From assembly GCA_965221905.1 (NCBI GenBank), contig OZ244922.1, positions 1,632,001 to 1,696,000 of the forward strand: a stretch of DNA of 64,000 bases. Reading direction: 5' to 3'. The DNA is from Chloroflexota bacterium. GTDB lineage: Bacteria; Chloroflexota; UBA11872; VXOZ01. A program made the position numbers and the translations under genes. A model generated the notes under the pieces. The model was not told the DNA's origin. It saw only the letters and a list, made by a program, of their open reading frames with translations, and made no database searches. How positions within the stretch are numbered: position 1 is the first letter of the stretch; every line of letters starts with the position of its first letter. Of this stretch, positions 42,476 to 53,192 are shown piece by piece.

Positions 42476-44246
42476 GCTGTGCCACTCCCTCTCTTATCTT
42501 ATCCAGGAGCCAGTCGACGCGGAACGGCATGCCGCCGAAAATGTTGATCCGCACGTATTCGCGTGGGAACCGGCTCGTGATCATGTTGGCAAACTGACCG
42601 CTATAGTTGACTTCGGGTAGGAATATGATTCGTTTGCTTTCTATGAATGGGCGCAATTGCTCGTCCGGCAGCGGCATTAGCATTCTTGGCGCTAACATAT
42701 CGAGCTTCAAGCCATCCAGTGCGGCGCGGTCAATTGCTTCAATAACGGAGCCTACAGTGGAGCCCCAGGTGAGAATGCCGATCTCAGCGGTAGGATCGCC
42801 ATAGCGGTCCGCTTCCGGGGCTTCCAGGGCGGCGCGCTCCAGCTTGCGGAAGCGCTTCTTGGTCATGATAGTGTGCGTGGCCTCGTCATACCGGTGGAGA
42901 CCTTCTTCGTTGTGCTCAAGCCCGGTGGCAATGTATTGCCCACCCGCTTGACCTGGGATTGCCATGGGGGAAACGCCGTTCTCCGTGAGCACGTAACGAC
43001 TATACTCACCGTTTATGCTGCCGACCTCGTCACCGACGCCGACTTCGTCACCGACGCCGTTGCCGTTCTCCGAGAACAATAGACGGTCTACAACCTCGAC
43101 TTCGTTTAGGTCAGGGCGCGGAATGCTCTCTGAACGCACGTTGAGCAGCGTATCGCCAAGCAGGATAACCGGCGTTTGATACTTTTCCGCGAGATTGAAG
43201 GCGTTAACTGTTTGGTAGAAACAGTCTCTTACCGACGTGGGCGCAAGCACGATGCGCGGACACTCACCATGGCCGGCGAAAGCGGCCGAATTGAGGTCTC
43301 CCTGTTCATGTCGAGTCGGCATGCCGGTAGAAGGACCTGCCCGCTGCGCGTCGACGATGACGCAGGGGAGCTCTGCCATCGCTGCGAGGCCGAGCATTTC
43401 AATCATCAGGCTGAATCCTGGCCCGGAGGTCGCGGTCATTGCCTTCGATCCCGCATACGAAGCGCCTAGCACCATGCCGATCGCCGCCAGTTCGTCCTCT
43501 GCCTGCAATGCGTGACCGCCCGTCTTTGGAAGATGGATTTCCAGGAATTCTTTGATGTCGCTGGCAGGCGTAATCGGATAACCCGCCATGAAGCCGCATC
43601 CGGCGGCAATAGCGCCAAGGCCGATCGCTTCGCTGCCGCTAACCATGATTTCGCCGGAATGGGATTTTTCCGGGTAGAGGGCAAAGTTTTCCCGCTGTGG
43701 GATGTGTTCAATGACATAGTCGATGCCGGCCCGGAGCGCATCCAGGTTCTTTTGCACAACCGCTTCGCCTTTACGCAACCACTTCTCCTCGATGAGAGAA
43801 TCAAGGTGTTTTGTCGGCAAGCCAAAGAGCTCCGCCAGCGCGCCAACCGCCACAACATTCTTAGCAATGGGGAACTTAAGTTGGTTCTTCGCTATGTCGT
43901 TGAGCGGAAACTCCACGTGTGCAAAGTGACTGTCGACGGCCGGCGTGACCTCTGAAGGATCATAAACGAGCAAACCGTCGTCCTTGGTCTCGGCAGCGTT
44001 GCGGTCGTAAGCTTCTTGATTGAAGGCGAGCAGAATGTCAACGGAATCGCCTTTGCTGTAAGAGGGTTGGGCACTAAGTCTAATCTGGAAAAAGGCGTGC
44101 CCACCCTTGATCTCCGATGGCGGCTGGGAGTAGGTAAGTATGTGGAATCCACCCCGCAATGCCGCCTGGGTGAGCAATTGTCCTGTGGAGACAATGCCTT
44201 CGCCGGCCTCGCCGGCGACGCGAACGACTAGATCGTTTCTCGTCAT
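42468..44246 (-). CDS. korA: 2-oxoacid:ferredoxin oxidoreductase alpha subunit (gamma-alpha fusion)
   Basis: GEAGEG, YPITPAS, QAEDE, ATSGPG.SLM, QRAGPSTGMPT..EQGD. Confidence 0.9.
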   Translation of the reverse strand: MTRNDLVVRVAGEAGEGIVSTGQLLTQAALRGGFHILTYSQPPSEIKGGHAFFQIRLSAQPSYSKGDSVDILLAFNQEAYDRNAAETKDDGLLVYDPSEVTPAVDSHFAHVEFPLNDIAKNQLKFPIAKNVVAVGALAELFGLPTKHLDSLIEEKWLRKGEAVVQKNLDALRAGIDYVIEHIPQRENFALYPEKSHSGEIMVSGSEAIGLGAIAAGCGFMAGYPITPASDIKEFLEIHLPKTGGHALQAEDELAAIGMVLGASYAGSKAMTATSGPGFSLMIEMLGLAAMAELPCVIVDAQRAGPSTGMPTRHEQGDLNSAAFAGHGECPRIVLAPTSVRDCFYQTVNAFNLAEKYQTPVILLGDTLLNVRSESIPRPDLNEVEVVDRLLFSENGNGVGDEVGVGDEVGSINGEYSRYVLTENGVSPMAIPGQAGGQYIATGLEHNEEGLHRYDEATHTIMTKKRFRKLERAALEAPEADRYGDPTAEIGILTWGSTVGSVIEAIDRAALDGLKLDMLAPRMLMPLPDEQLRPFIESKRIIFLPEVNYSGQFANMITSRFPREYVRINIFGGMPFRVDWLLDKIREGVAQHV

Positions 44247-44486
44247 AAGTCGTGTGCTTTACTTCCTGCGACTGTCCAGTGTTGCTCTACTAGCGCTGTG
44301 CTTGCCCGGGATATGCTTCTATAGGCGCTGTGCAGCAACGCAACGTTAGTATAGTGTATTCATCTCCAATTATATACCAGCGGGCGTATCAATACAGCAG
44401 CTACGAGGGTGGTAGCCGCTAATTACGCCAATATCGTGCCGGCCAATGTGAGTAGGTAATACGCGCTGTCAAGCAAGACGCGCGTG

Positions 44487-45809
44487 TTAGAGCGCAGCGA
44501 TTTCCTGCTGCAATTCAAGCGCCGCGCGCACGAGTTGCTCGCCGGAGCCGGGTAATACCCGGCTGGACGTCGGCTCGTAGGCGCCTTGCGGGTAGGACGC
44601 TTCAGTGCAGATGTATCCTAAGTTGCCGTTTGCAAGCTCTGCCAGCAGATTGTGTTCAAATGGCGAGTGCTCCTTGATGGATAGCCCAAGCTCGACGAAC
44701 ATCTCGCCGGGAAGCGCCGTAATCGCGACATTGCCAACTGCCATCACCTGGACTTCCGTATCGAATTGCTGCTTTTTCAACTCCTGAAGCGCCAGATCAC
44801 GGTGGGCGCGTACTAAGTCGTCCCGGCCGGGGCCGCCGCCCATGGGCGAGGCTGCCACTGCCTCTTGCGCCCAGGCTATGTCTGCCGCCGTCGGCACCAC
44901 GGCCGGCAACGCCTCGACGCGTTGGAGTGCATGTACGGTCTCACCTTTTACGGGCTCTAAATGTGACAGCGCCTGGGTAGCGCTTTCCGCCAACGCACGG
45001 CCAATGCGTTCGGACTCCTCAAAGCCCTTTAGTTGATCCGGATCGTTCACGTTGACGTGATTGATGTCACCGCAGAATCCATTGGCGTAGAGGAGCACCG
45101 TATCGTCCAGCTCAGGCGACATGTTCTTGAAGTGTTTTTCCATCCAACCGGAGTAGTCGGCGGAGATCTGGTCGCCGCCGGTCGTATCTGCGTGAAGGGA
45201 GTAATTTACGAGGACCCCAATGGGATCGCCCGCGCCTGATTCCGCGAGTAGCACGTAGACATCGGGATCGATGGGACCGACCGGTCCGATGATTTCCGGA
45301 TTGTTCTTGCCCGGATTGGTCTTCACACTGCCGTCGCGCATGTGGAAGCGCCGATTGAAAGCGATGCGGGCCTCATGTGATTTGCCGATGCGCAGCGTGC
45401 CGGGGGCCCGTGACTCCCATGCCTCCGTCACCGCCGCGGCAATCTGCGCTTCCAGAGTCGCCATGTACGACTCGCTCATGCTGCCAAAAGTCGCGGAACT
45501 GCGGTCGCCGCGCGTTATGGGCCCCGTGTGGGTGTGCGTACAGCAGACGAGCACGTTAGCGCCGGGAATGGCGGTAGCTTCCGCAATCTGCCGTCGCGCG
45601 TTGATCACACTCTCTTCACGAATGGAAACAAGATCGCACGTTACGAGTGCAATTACCGTACTGCCGTCTTCGATTACGAGCGCCCGCGCGTAAAGGTCAT
45701 CGTGCACGGCAATCGCCGGACGCACGTGGTAGTAACCGGCCATGTTGGTGCCCAAAGGCGGTGAAATGTTGCGCTGTGCTGCGCCAATTGAGAGTGCCAT
45801 CAGTCTCAT
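44487..45809 (-). CDS. Neutral/alkaline ceramidase-like Zn hydrolase
   Basis: ISPP...M.GY, HDDLYARAL, CTHTHTGP, FNRR, GPIDP, ISADY, G..GD.N, PGE.F.E.G. Confidence 0.75.
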   Translation of the reverse strand: MRLMALSIGAAQRNISPPLGTNMAGYYHVRPAIAVHDDLYARALVIEDGSTVIALVTCDLVSIREESVINARRQIAEATAIPGANVLVCCTHTHTGPITRGDRSSATFGSMSESYMATLEAQIAAAVTEAWESRAPGTLRIGKSHEARIAFNRRFHMRDGSVKTNPGKNNPEIIGPVGPIDPDVYVLLAESGAGDPIGVLVNYSLHADTTGGDQISADYSGWMEKHFKNMSPELDDTVLLYANGFCGDINHVNVNDPDQLKGFEESERIGRALAESATQALSHLEPVKGETVHALQRVEALPAVVPTAADIAWAQEAVAASPMGGGPGRDDLVRAHRDLALQELKKQQFDTEVQVMAVGNVAITALPGEMFVELGLSIKEHSPFEHNLLAELANGNLGYICTEASYPQGAYEPTSSRVLPGSGEQLVRAALELQQEIAAL

Positions 45810-45840
45810 ACCCTCCCGTTGCGTAGATACTCTTCCAGCA

Positions 45841-46713
45841 TTACCGCTCTATTCGCTCGGCCGCCAGCAGCGCCGCTTCGCGGGGGAAGTCCGCCACGTG
45901 CACGCCCGCGGCCTGAAGCGCCTCGATCTTCGACTCTGCCGTGCCAATCCCTCCGGAGACGATTGCCCCCGCATGTCCCATGCGCTTTTCCGGCGGTGCG
46001 GTGCGACCGGCAATGAAACCAACGACGGGCTTAGTCATGTGCGCTTTGATAAAGGCCGCGGCCTCCTCCTCATCGGTGCCGCCGATTTCGCCAATCATGA
46101 CGACCGCCTCAGTCTCCGGGTCTTCCTCGAACATGCGCAGGACGTCTATGAAACCGGTCCCAATCACCGGATCGCCGCCGATGCCGATAACAGTGGACTG
46201 TCCAACATTCTCGCCGGTGAGATGGGAAACTACCTCATACGTGAGCGTGCCGGAGCGGCTGACGACGCCGACAGGACCGGAGATGTGGATGTCGCCTGCC
46301 ATAATGCCCACTTTGGCTTTGCTAGGAGAGATCAGGCCGGGACAGTTCGGCCCCTGCAAGCGGGCGCCTCTAATATTTACATAATGATACACGCGCAGCA
46401 TGTCCTGGACGGGGATGTGCTCGCTGATACAGACCACGAAGGGAATGCCGGCATCCACGGCTTCGATGACGGCGTCCGGCGCAAAGGGGCCGGGCACGAA
46501 GATAATCGAGACGTTAGCTTCGGTCTCGCGCACCGCTTGGGCGACAGTGTTAAACACCGGCGCCCCGCAGGCTTCTTGTCCACCGCGTCCGGGGGTTACA
46601 CCGGCCACAACCTGCGTGCCGTATTGCACCATCTGCTCGGTATGAAACGTGCCTTCGCGGCCGGTGATGCCCTGCACGAGCAGGCGGGTGTTTTCATCGA
46701 CAAGTATGCTCAT
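45841..46713 (-). CDS. sucD: Succinyl-CoA synthetase alpha subunit
   Basis: [37 protein letters not shown]. Confidence 0.96.
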   Translation of the reverse strand: MSILVDENTRLLVQGITGREGTFHTEQMVQYGTQVVAGVTPGRGGQEACGAPVFNTVAQAVRETEANVSIIFVPGPFAPDAVIEAVDAGIPFVVCISEHIPVQDMLRVYHYVNIRGARLQGPNCPGLISPSKAKVGIMAGDIHISGPVGVVSRSGTLTYEVVSHLTGENVGQSTVIGIGGDPVIGTGFIDVLRMFEEDPETEAVVMIGEIGGTDEEEAAAFIKAHMTKPVVGFIAGRTAPPEKRMGHAGAIVSGGIGTAESKIEALQAAGVHVADFPREAALLAAERIER

Positions 46714-47861
46714 GAGCTCGTCGCCTTTGGCGCAGCCGCCACTCTCACTACTTCCTGCGCAGCGGCATGCATGGTGTCGGCGGCCACGAGACCGGCCTCT
46801 TGCAAGATCGCGCGTCCCTCTTCCTGGTTGGTGCCGACCAAACGCACTACCATCGGCACCTGGCGGGAGAGCGACGGCAAGGCACTGACAATGCCCCGAG
46901 CGACTTCGTCACACCGGGTGATGCCGCCAAATATGTTGAAGAGGATTGCCGTTACGTTCTCGTCATCCAGGATGATATGCAGGGCGTTTTCAACACTCTC
47001 CGCGCGGGCCCCGCCGCCAATATCGAGAAAATTGGCCGGACTCCCGCCGCTCAGTTTGATGGTATCCATGGTCGCCATGGCGAGGCCGGCGCCGTTGACG
47101 ACACAGCCGATGGTGCCGTCGAGCTTCACAAACGATAGCCCCGCTTCGCGCGCCGCGCGTTCGGCGGGCTCTTCCTCATCATGGTCGCGCAGTTCTGCCA
47201 GGGCCTTGTGGCGGAAGAGGGCGTTGTCGTCCAGGTTGATCTTGGCGTCGATGCACTGCAACTCGCCGTCCTCAGTAATGACCAGCGGGTTGATCTCGAC
47301 CAACTCGCCGTCGTTCTCGGTGAGCGCCTGCACGAGCGTGCGCACGATGCGCGCGAAATCTCTGCTCAGGTCGGAAGGTATGCCAATCGCAAAGGCCAGT
47401 TGGCGGCCTTGATAGTCGGCGTACCCCGCGAGCGGATGCACGTGAATGCGATGAATCTTCTCCGGTGTCTCGCGGGCGACTTCCTCGATCTCCACGCCGC
47501 CCTCGGCGCTGGCCATGATGGTGATGGCCTTCGTCGTGCGGTCGAGGATGACGCCGAGATAAATCTCGGAGGCGATGTCTACCGCCTGAGCGACTAATAC
47601 CCGCTGCACGGTGATGCCTTTGATGTCCATGCCCAGAATTGCCGCCGCCTTTGCGGCAGCCTCGTCCGGCGTTTCGGCGAGCTTTACACCGCCGGCCTTG
47701 CCGCGCCCGCCAACGAGCACTTGCGCTTTTACAACCACGGTGCCGCCAATCCGGGCCGCCGCCTCCCGCGCCTGATCCGGCGAGGTTACGACGTGACCGG
47801 GCGGAATGGGCAAACCATACCGCGCCAAGATGTCTTTCGCTTGATATTCGTGAATTTTCAT
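46710..47861 (-). CDS. sucC: Succinyl-CoA synthetase beta subunit
   Basis: [44 protein letters not shown]. Confidence 0.96.
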   Translation of the reverse strand: MKIHEYQAKDILARYGLPIPPGHVVTSPDQAREAAARIGGTVVVKAQVLVGGRGKAGGVKLAETPDEAAAKAAAILGMDIKGITVQRVLVAQAVDIASEIYLGVILDRTTKAITIMASAEGGVEIEEVARETPEKIHRIHVHPLAGYADYQGRQLAFAIGIPSDLSRDFARIVRTLVQALTENDGELVEINPLVITEDGELQCIDAKINLDDNALFRHKALAELRDHDEEEPAERAAREAGLSFVKLDGTIGCVVNGAGLAMATMDTIKLSGGSPANFLDIGGGARAESVENALHIILDDENVTAILFNIFGGITRCDEVARGIVSALPSLSRQVPMVVRLVGTNQEEGRAILQEAGLVAADTMHAAAQEVVRVAAAPKATSS

Positions 47862-48146
47862 AAAATAAGAACCGTACCTTGACCAATCCAGAGAATTGCC
47901 AGCATCAGGATACCGGAAAGTCCAGCCGTATGTCGAATGAGAATTGCTGCCGGATGAAGTGGAGAACGCGAACTACCCAGTTGGCCCCCAATCTGACTCA
48001 ATCCGCAGTCCAGAGGGTTGTGCTAGAAAATTCTTGCTACGACAAGTCTGAGGGCAGGACAATTGTAGTTGTTCTCGCTAGTGATGGAGAAAGCAAAACG
48101 ACCGTGGAAAGATTGGCAAAGGAACTGAATGCATGAATCGGCGCGC

Positions 48147-51100
48147 TCAATCCTCGACTCCCTTCCTGGCCCGTAGCTCCCTGAGACTGTGCTTCGTATC
48201 CTCAGGGATACTCGCTTCAAGGAGGATACCGGTCAGTTCCTGTGCTTGCCGCCAAGCTCCTTGCAAATCGAACTTTTCCAAATGTAGCACCAACTGTGCG
48301 ACCGCTTTCGGATAACGCTGTGGCAGATTGCTTTCCGCGAGATCATGTATCACCAAGCTATTTTGCAAAGGGAATGTGTCCATTCTTGCGGCTAGCGCGA
48401 CGGCCTCGGGGAATACGGCTGGCAGGTGCGCCGGCCAGCGCAGCATCTGCGCGATTTCTTTCTGGGTGAGAGCGACTGGGGTTCCCTGCAAACGCCTTAC
48501 CCAGTATTCCTTGAGCCAACGCTGCCACCACTCCTGTTGCGTCGATTCATCCATCTCACGCAAGAATTCTTCATAGAGGTTCGACGTGAACACTTCTCCA
48601 ATGTCCTCACGTCCATATTTGAAGAGCTTGGAAATCCAAGTGTCGAGAGGGTCTTCGACAAAGTACGCGATCATGTAGATATAGCGCATGATGAACTGGT
48701 CGCGCAGATAAGCGTTCGTGGAGCTACACCATTCAACTGCCTCAAGGAAGGCATCTTCCAAGAGTTCCCCCACAGAAGGATTGAGGTCGACGCGCGCTAA
48801 ACCTTCTCGCGCTACTTCCCACTCATCACTTCCGGGGTCAAAGAATGGGAGCACTATCTCCCGTGTCCATGCTTCATCGGCCGCCAATAGGAAAGCGAAC
48901 TCTTTGATGAAGACTGAGCGGCTCAGCTTGCCGGGCAACGTGGGGTCCTGCACCATTGCTTTCAAGGCCGCGCGATACTCATCGTTCATGGCCCTGGGTG
49001 CGGGGTCTTGCGCATCGCGCCACACCGAGAGTCCACACAGCCAAAAGAGCGCCAACTTCCCCGCTGTGTGGCTCATCGCTCTCTTTAACCAATCGACATC
49101 TTCCTCAGCCGTCTCGTTGCGACCGAGTTCCTGCGATAGGGCGACGGCAATTCTGTTGGCCTGCGGGAGCAGGTTCAGCGCGTAGGGCTTTCCTCCACTT
49201 ATCACCAAGGAGATCAACACCTCGGCAATCTTGCGAGCATGTTCAGGGCACAGTTCGGTCCTACCAAGCCAGGGAAGTACCTTGCGGTACTCGTCCTCAC
49301 TCAATTCCATGGCCGACCAAGCGCTGAACAAGGCGGACCAGGGGTAGTCTTCCCATTTTCCAGCCTCGGCTAATGCGTCGGCCAGCGCAAGACCCCACTC
49401 GAAGCATCTTACCGCCGCCAAGGTGATGTTGCGCTCCCGCCCAAAGCGCGCATGTGGGCGATCCATAGGTTGAAACGACAACAATTCATCCACCCAGGCG
49501 GCAGCCGGCCCCGCCAGCAATTCTTCGACCGTGGGGCGTATTTCAGGAAGTGGACTCCGCCACGTCAGGAAGTCCGGGAGTTCTCGCGGTTCGTAGCCTG
49601 GGATAAGCTTCTGCGCGTCATCACGCGCTTGCTTCGCTAGTGGGCAGTCTGGATCACTCTCATGCAGCCAACGACACCAGTTGAGGTGATGCCACGCGGT
49701 AAGCTGTATATCACTCAATCTAGACTCTGTTTCGCCCACCCAGCGGTATTCATGGACTGCCACAATGAGCGCTTTTCGGTACTCCTGATCGGCTTTGGGA
49801 TAGGCTTGCTCCGCTAGTCGAAATACCTCGTGGTGAAACTTCGAATCGTGTATGTCTAGGTTGGTCAGTAGCCAGGTGATCTTGTCGTTTGCTGTCACTG
49901 CATTCTCTGTGAAGACGGTATGTATAGCAAGGCGTCTCAAGAGCGGTACCTCAGAAGCGGCAAGTTGATCACGCCACGAGGCCGCCGCTTGCGCTTGATT
50001 CTCCACGAGCCACTCAAGGCAGTCCCGCGCCACGTCAATTAAGATGTTCGGCGTGTCGTAGCCGCTGTTCTGTCCATGAGATTCGATAGCCGGGCGGCTT
50101 TCTTCATGCCCCCAGGGACGTAGCATGCAATGACGTTCTTCCAAGCGCTTGACTGCTCGCGTTAGTAGGGGTTCCGCAATCTCACTCAAATTCGGCTTGA
50201 GGCTTTGCTCCCACAGGTCCCGAAGAGCATATGTGGCGCCAATCATTGGCAAACCTGCGCGAATTGGGATTTCCTCATCGTCGTCCAAAGGGAAGTCCGA
50301 CTTGAGACTTAGCCGGCTCACCGTCATCGCGTCGAAGATCTGCAACAGACTAGCGTAGTCGCTATGACTGATGCAACGCATGCCAAGTTCTGCAAGCACA
50401 TAATGTTCGTGGCTTCTAGCTGTGGTAAGAGTGCCAAGCAGAACGGAAACCCACCGAGACAAGAGCTCTGGGTCTAGCTTCGCTTCGTCGAATTGTCCGA
50501 GTTGCCATCCCAAGCGATGCCACAGATCCGGGTGCAAGCGCATGCCGTGCCGGCCGAATAATAAGAACAACTCGTCGGCAGAACTGCACGCGAACCGTTC
50601 GGCCAACCACTGGATTAAGTGTCTATCCGTATTGCTGAGGTCACCCTCGCCAAAGAGCGCGTCCAGGTGCTTGCGCTTATCGAGCCAATCGATCCATTCA
50701 GGTGATGAAGCATGCTCGGTAAAGAATCTCGTCTTGACTTCGTCTCTCAATGTTTCTTGGATTCTGTCCGCGTCTTCCTTATTGACAGGAGGCGGCCTTT
50801 GCGCGATCTCTCTTATCAATTTCCTCCAATCCAAAACTCCGCGGCGAACGTAGTCTGCCAGGCGTTTGACCCCTTCATCAAGCGCGCTGTAGTCTTCTCC
50901 ACTTGGCTTCTGATAGATGATTGGTTTGATTCCCCGGGCTTCCCAAAGCTGCGTTTCATTGTCGTCAGAACCAATTAGGGCAAAGCGCTTCGCCTCTGTT
51001 TCCGGCAGGGCGCGCGCCAAGTAGTGCATGTCTGTGTCACTATGGCTATAGCCTACGAAGAGGACTGTGTATTGGCGGAAGAGGGAGACGAGAAAGCGGC

Positions 51101-51641
51101 GTGCCCAACCTTCGGTCAGATACGCCCTGCCAAAATCTTTGTCAGTGAGCACCATTTCGTGGGGACGGCTGACCGCGCCGTGCACATGGACGATGCCGCT
51201 GAAGTTGTGGCCCAAGGGCAACGCGGGCGCGTGAAACACCTCGGGTTTTGTGTCAAACAAAAGCTCAGTGTCTGCCACCTGCTCGAACAATTCGTCGAAG
51301 TTGGTAGTTACGAAACGAACGCCCTTATCCCGAGTAAAGAGCCGCAAGAGATTGAAATGAAGGCCGGTTGCCATTAGGCCCTCTCGCGAAAGGGCTTTGG
51401 CGGCAAGGGCATGTACATCCGTCCCATTCTCGTGCCGGAGTCGGCCCAGGAAGCGATCTTCGGTTTCGCCCTTTTGCGATTCAACGCCAGTCCCACTTGC
51501 GATCTCGCAAGCCAACTGTTTGAAATCTGGTAGGCGAGCCGGTTCCCCCTTAGAGACACCTGCTCCAGCGAAGACAACAAGCGTGTTGTCCCGTAAGGCA
51601 TCCATTACTTCTCGAGGGAAATCCATGTCTGCAATTCTCAT
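48147..51641 (-). CDS. SIR2-family NADase with long helical C-terminus (Dsr1-like candidate anti-phage protein)
   Basis: VFAGAGVS...LPDF, TTNFD, HVHG, LFVGYS.SD SIR2 motifs, then ~900 aa of Trp-rich helical region; composition looks different from the flanking housekeeping genes. Confidence 0.8.
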   Translation of the reverse strand: MRIADMDFPREVMDALRDNTLVVFAGAGVSKGEPARLPDFKQLACEIASGTGVESQKGETEDRFLGRLRHENGTDVHALAAKALSREGLMATGLHFNLLRLFTRDKGVRFVTTNFDELFEQVADTELLFDTKPEVFHAPALPLGHNFSGIVHVHGAVSRPHEMVLTDKDFGRAYLTEGWARRFLVSLFRQYTVLFVGYSHSDTDMHYLARALPETEAKRFALIGSDDNETQLWEARGIKPIIYQKPSGEDYSALDEGVKRLADYVRRGVLDWRKLIREIAQRPPPVNKEDADRIQETLRDEVKTRFFTEHASSPEWIDWLDKRKHLDALFGEGDLSNTDRHLIQWLAERFACSSADELFLLFGRHGMRLHPDLWHRLGWQLGQFDEAKLDPELLSRWVSVLLGTLTTARSHEHYVLAELGMRCISHSDYASLLQIFDAMTVSRLSLKSDFPLDDDEEIPIRAGLPMIGATYALRDLWEQSLKPNLSEIAEPLLTRAVKRLEERHCMLRPWGHEESRPAIESHGQNSGYDTPNILIDVARDCLEWLVENQAQAAASWRDQLAASEVPLLRRLAIHTVFTENAVTANDKITWLLTNLDIHDSKFHHEVFRLAEQAYPKADQEYRKALIVAVHEYRWVGETESRLSDIQLTAWHHLNWCRWLHESDPDCPLAKQARDDAQKLIPGYEPRELPDFLTWRSPLPEIRPTVEELLAGPAAAWVDELLSFQPMDRPHARFGRERNITLAAVRCFEWGLALADALAEAGKWEDYPWSALFSAWSAMELSEDEYRKVLPWLGRTELCPEHARKIAEVLISLVISGGKPYALNLLPQANRIAVALSQELGRNETAEEDVDWLKRAMSHTAGKLALFWLCGLSVWRDAQDPAPRAMNDEYRAALKAMVQDPTLPGKLSRSVFIKEFAFLLAADEAWTREIVLPFFDPGSDEWEVAREGLARVDLNPSVGELLEDAFLEAVEWCSSTNAYLRDQFIMRYIYMIAYFVEDPLDTWISKLFKYGREDIGEVFTSNLYEEFLREMDESTQQEWWQRWLKEYWVRRLQGTPVALTQKEIAQMLRWPAHLPAVFPEAVALAARMDTFPLQNSLVIHDLAESNLPQRYPKAVAQLVLHLEKFDLQGAWRQAQELTGILLEASIPEDTKHSLRELRARKGVED

Positions 51642-51824
51642 CTGTGAAGTGTCTTATGCATCCAGTAGCCACACCTGAGTCTCTACACCTATCATTATAC
51701 TTTGCAGACTTGCGTGGGTTGACTGCGGACTTGATTCGCATTGCAATGCTAGTAGATGCTTGGAGTCTGTCTAAGGAATTTAGGCACAGCTTTAGAAGCA
51801 ATACCTTGTAAAGGAGACTGGAGA

Positions 51825-52784
51825 ATGCAATACCGTACGTTGGGTAGGACGGGTATACGCATCTCGGAGGTGGGGCTGGGGACGTGGGGGATGGGCGGCG
51901 ACCGTTATGGGAGGGTGGACGATGGGGAGTCGCGGCGGGCGATTCTGCGGGCGCTGGAGCTTGGCATCAACCACATCGATACCGCACCCTTATACGGAAA
52001 TGGCCGTTGTGAAGAGGTAATTGGCGAAGCCATTGCGGGACGGCGGCACGAGGTGGTGCTGGCGACGAAGGTGGGCATGTTTCCCGGCGGACGTCAGAAC
52101 TTCGACTATTCGGGCGTCGCGGTCATGCGCGAGGTCGAGCAGAGCCTGCGCCGCCTGCGCACCGACTATCTCGACATCTACTTTCTCCATAGTCCTGATG
52201 AAGACCTGTACCGCGACGACGGGTTGGAGGCGCTCGTCCGCTTGAAGGAGCAGGGCAAGATTCGGGCCACCGGATTCTCCGTAATGTCGGTGGACGAGGG
52301 CATTCCGCTGGCGATGCGTCTCATCGAGCAGGGGCACGTGGACGTCATTCAGCAAGCTTTCCGTCTGCTGTACACGCTGCCCGCCCAGGAGCTCTTCCCG
52401 CTGGCGCAGGCGCATGACGTGGGCGTGGTCGCGCGTGAGAACTTCTACTTTGGGTTCCTTACCGGAGCGATAACGCGGCAAACGGTCTTCGACGACCGTG
52501 ACGATCGGCGCAAGTTCTCGCCGGCCTTCATCGACGCCGTGCTCGCGCGCGTCAAGAAGCTGCGCTTCCTCACGCAAGGGAGAACGATGCCGCAAGCGGC
52601 GCTGCAGTTCGTGCTGGCCACGCCGGGTGTGCACGGCGTGATCCCCGGGGCAATGACCGTACGCGAGGTGGAAGAGAACGTGCGGGCATCAGGCGGCCAT
52701 CCAATTACCACCGAGGAGATGGCGCAGATCATGACCTTGGAAGCGCGCGACTACGACCTGCCGCCGATACCACCGCCGGTGTGA
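51825..52784 (+). CDS. Aldo/keto reductase
   Basis: YRTLG.TG..ISEVGLGTW, DTA..YG, ATK, SLRRL.TDY.D.Y.LH, GKIR..G.S. Confidence 0.93.
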   Translation: MQYRTLGRTGIRISEVGLGTWGMGGDRYGRVDDGESRRAILRALELGINHIDTAPLYGNGRCEEVIGEAIAGRRHEVVLATKVGMFPGGRQNFDYSGVAVMREVEQSLRRLRTDYLDIYFLHSPDEDLYRDDGLEALVRLKEQGKIRATGFSVMSVDEGIPLAMRLIEQGHVDVIQQAFRLLYTLPAQELFPLAQAHDVGVVARENFYFGFLTGAITRQTVFDDRDDRRKFSPAFIDAVLARVKKLRFLTQGRTMPQAALQFVLATPGVHGVIPGAMTVREVEENVRASGGHPITTEEMAQIMTLEARDYDLPPIPPPV

Positions 52785-52786
52785 GA

Positions 52787-53110
52787 GGGTGTGTACTTGA
52801 GTGAGATAGTGTTTACCTGTGTGACAGTGTGTACCTGTGTGAGAGTGTGTGCTTGAGTGAGATAAGGTGTACTTGAGTTTTCCAAGTCCGTTCGTGGTGA
52901 GCGTGCCGAATCACTATTGGCCCTTCGACAGGCTCAGGACGAACGGATGGAGAGGCCTTCTACAGCGTCAGGGCGAACGGATGGTGGCGCTCAGCATCGT
53001 TCAGGCATGCATGTTCAGCATCGCTCTTGCATGCGCGTTCAGCTATTGGCCCTTCGACAGGCTCAGGGCGAACGGATGGTGGCACTCAGCGTCGTTCATG
53101 CATGCGCGGT
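52787..53110. repeat. Degenerate ~18-20-bp GT-rich tandem repeats followed by duplicated family B REPs
   Basis: GTGTGTAC(T/C)TG(A/T)GTGAGA x ~5 (52787-52878); CTATTGGCCCTTCGACAGGCTCAGG.CGAACGGATGG at 52914 and 53043. Confidence 0.75.
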
Positions 53111-53192
53111 CAGCATAACGGCTCACGAAATCTGTACGAAGTCAACTGAAGCGTGCAAAGACTAGGTCTCTTAGTGTGCGCAAAGACGAGAC

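Noticed and set aside
43021-43060. 18-bp in-frame duplication in korA (GVGDEVGVGDEVG) and the Gly/Asn/Ala-rich linker in acnA (~7880-7980)
   Set aside because: Ordinary loop-length variation in linker regions; unrelated to the palindromic families.
36601-47861. Autotrophic reverse TCA cycle
   Set aside because: No ATP-citrate lyase or citryl-CoA lyase in the window; SucCD look canonical; direction cannot be read from sequence.
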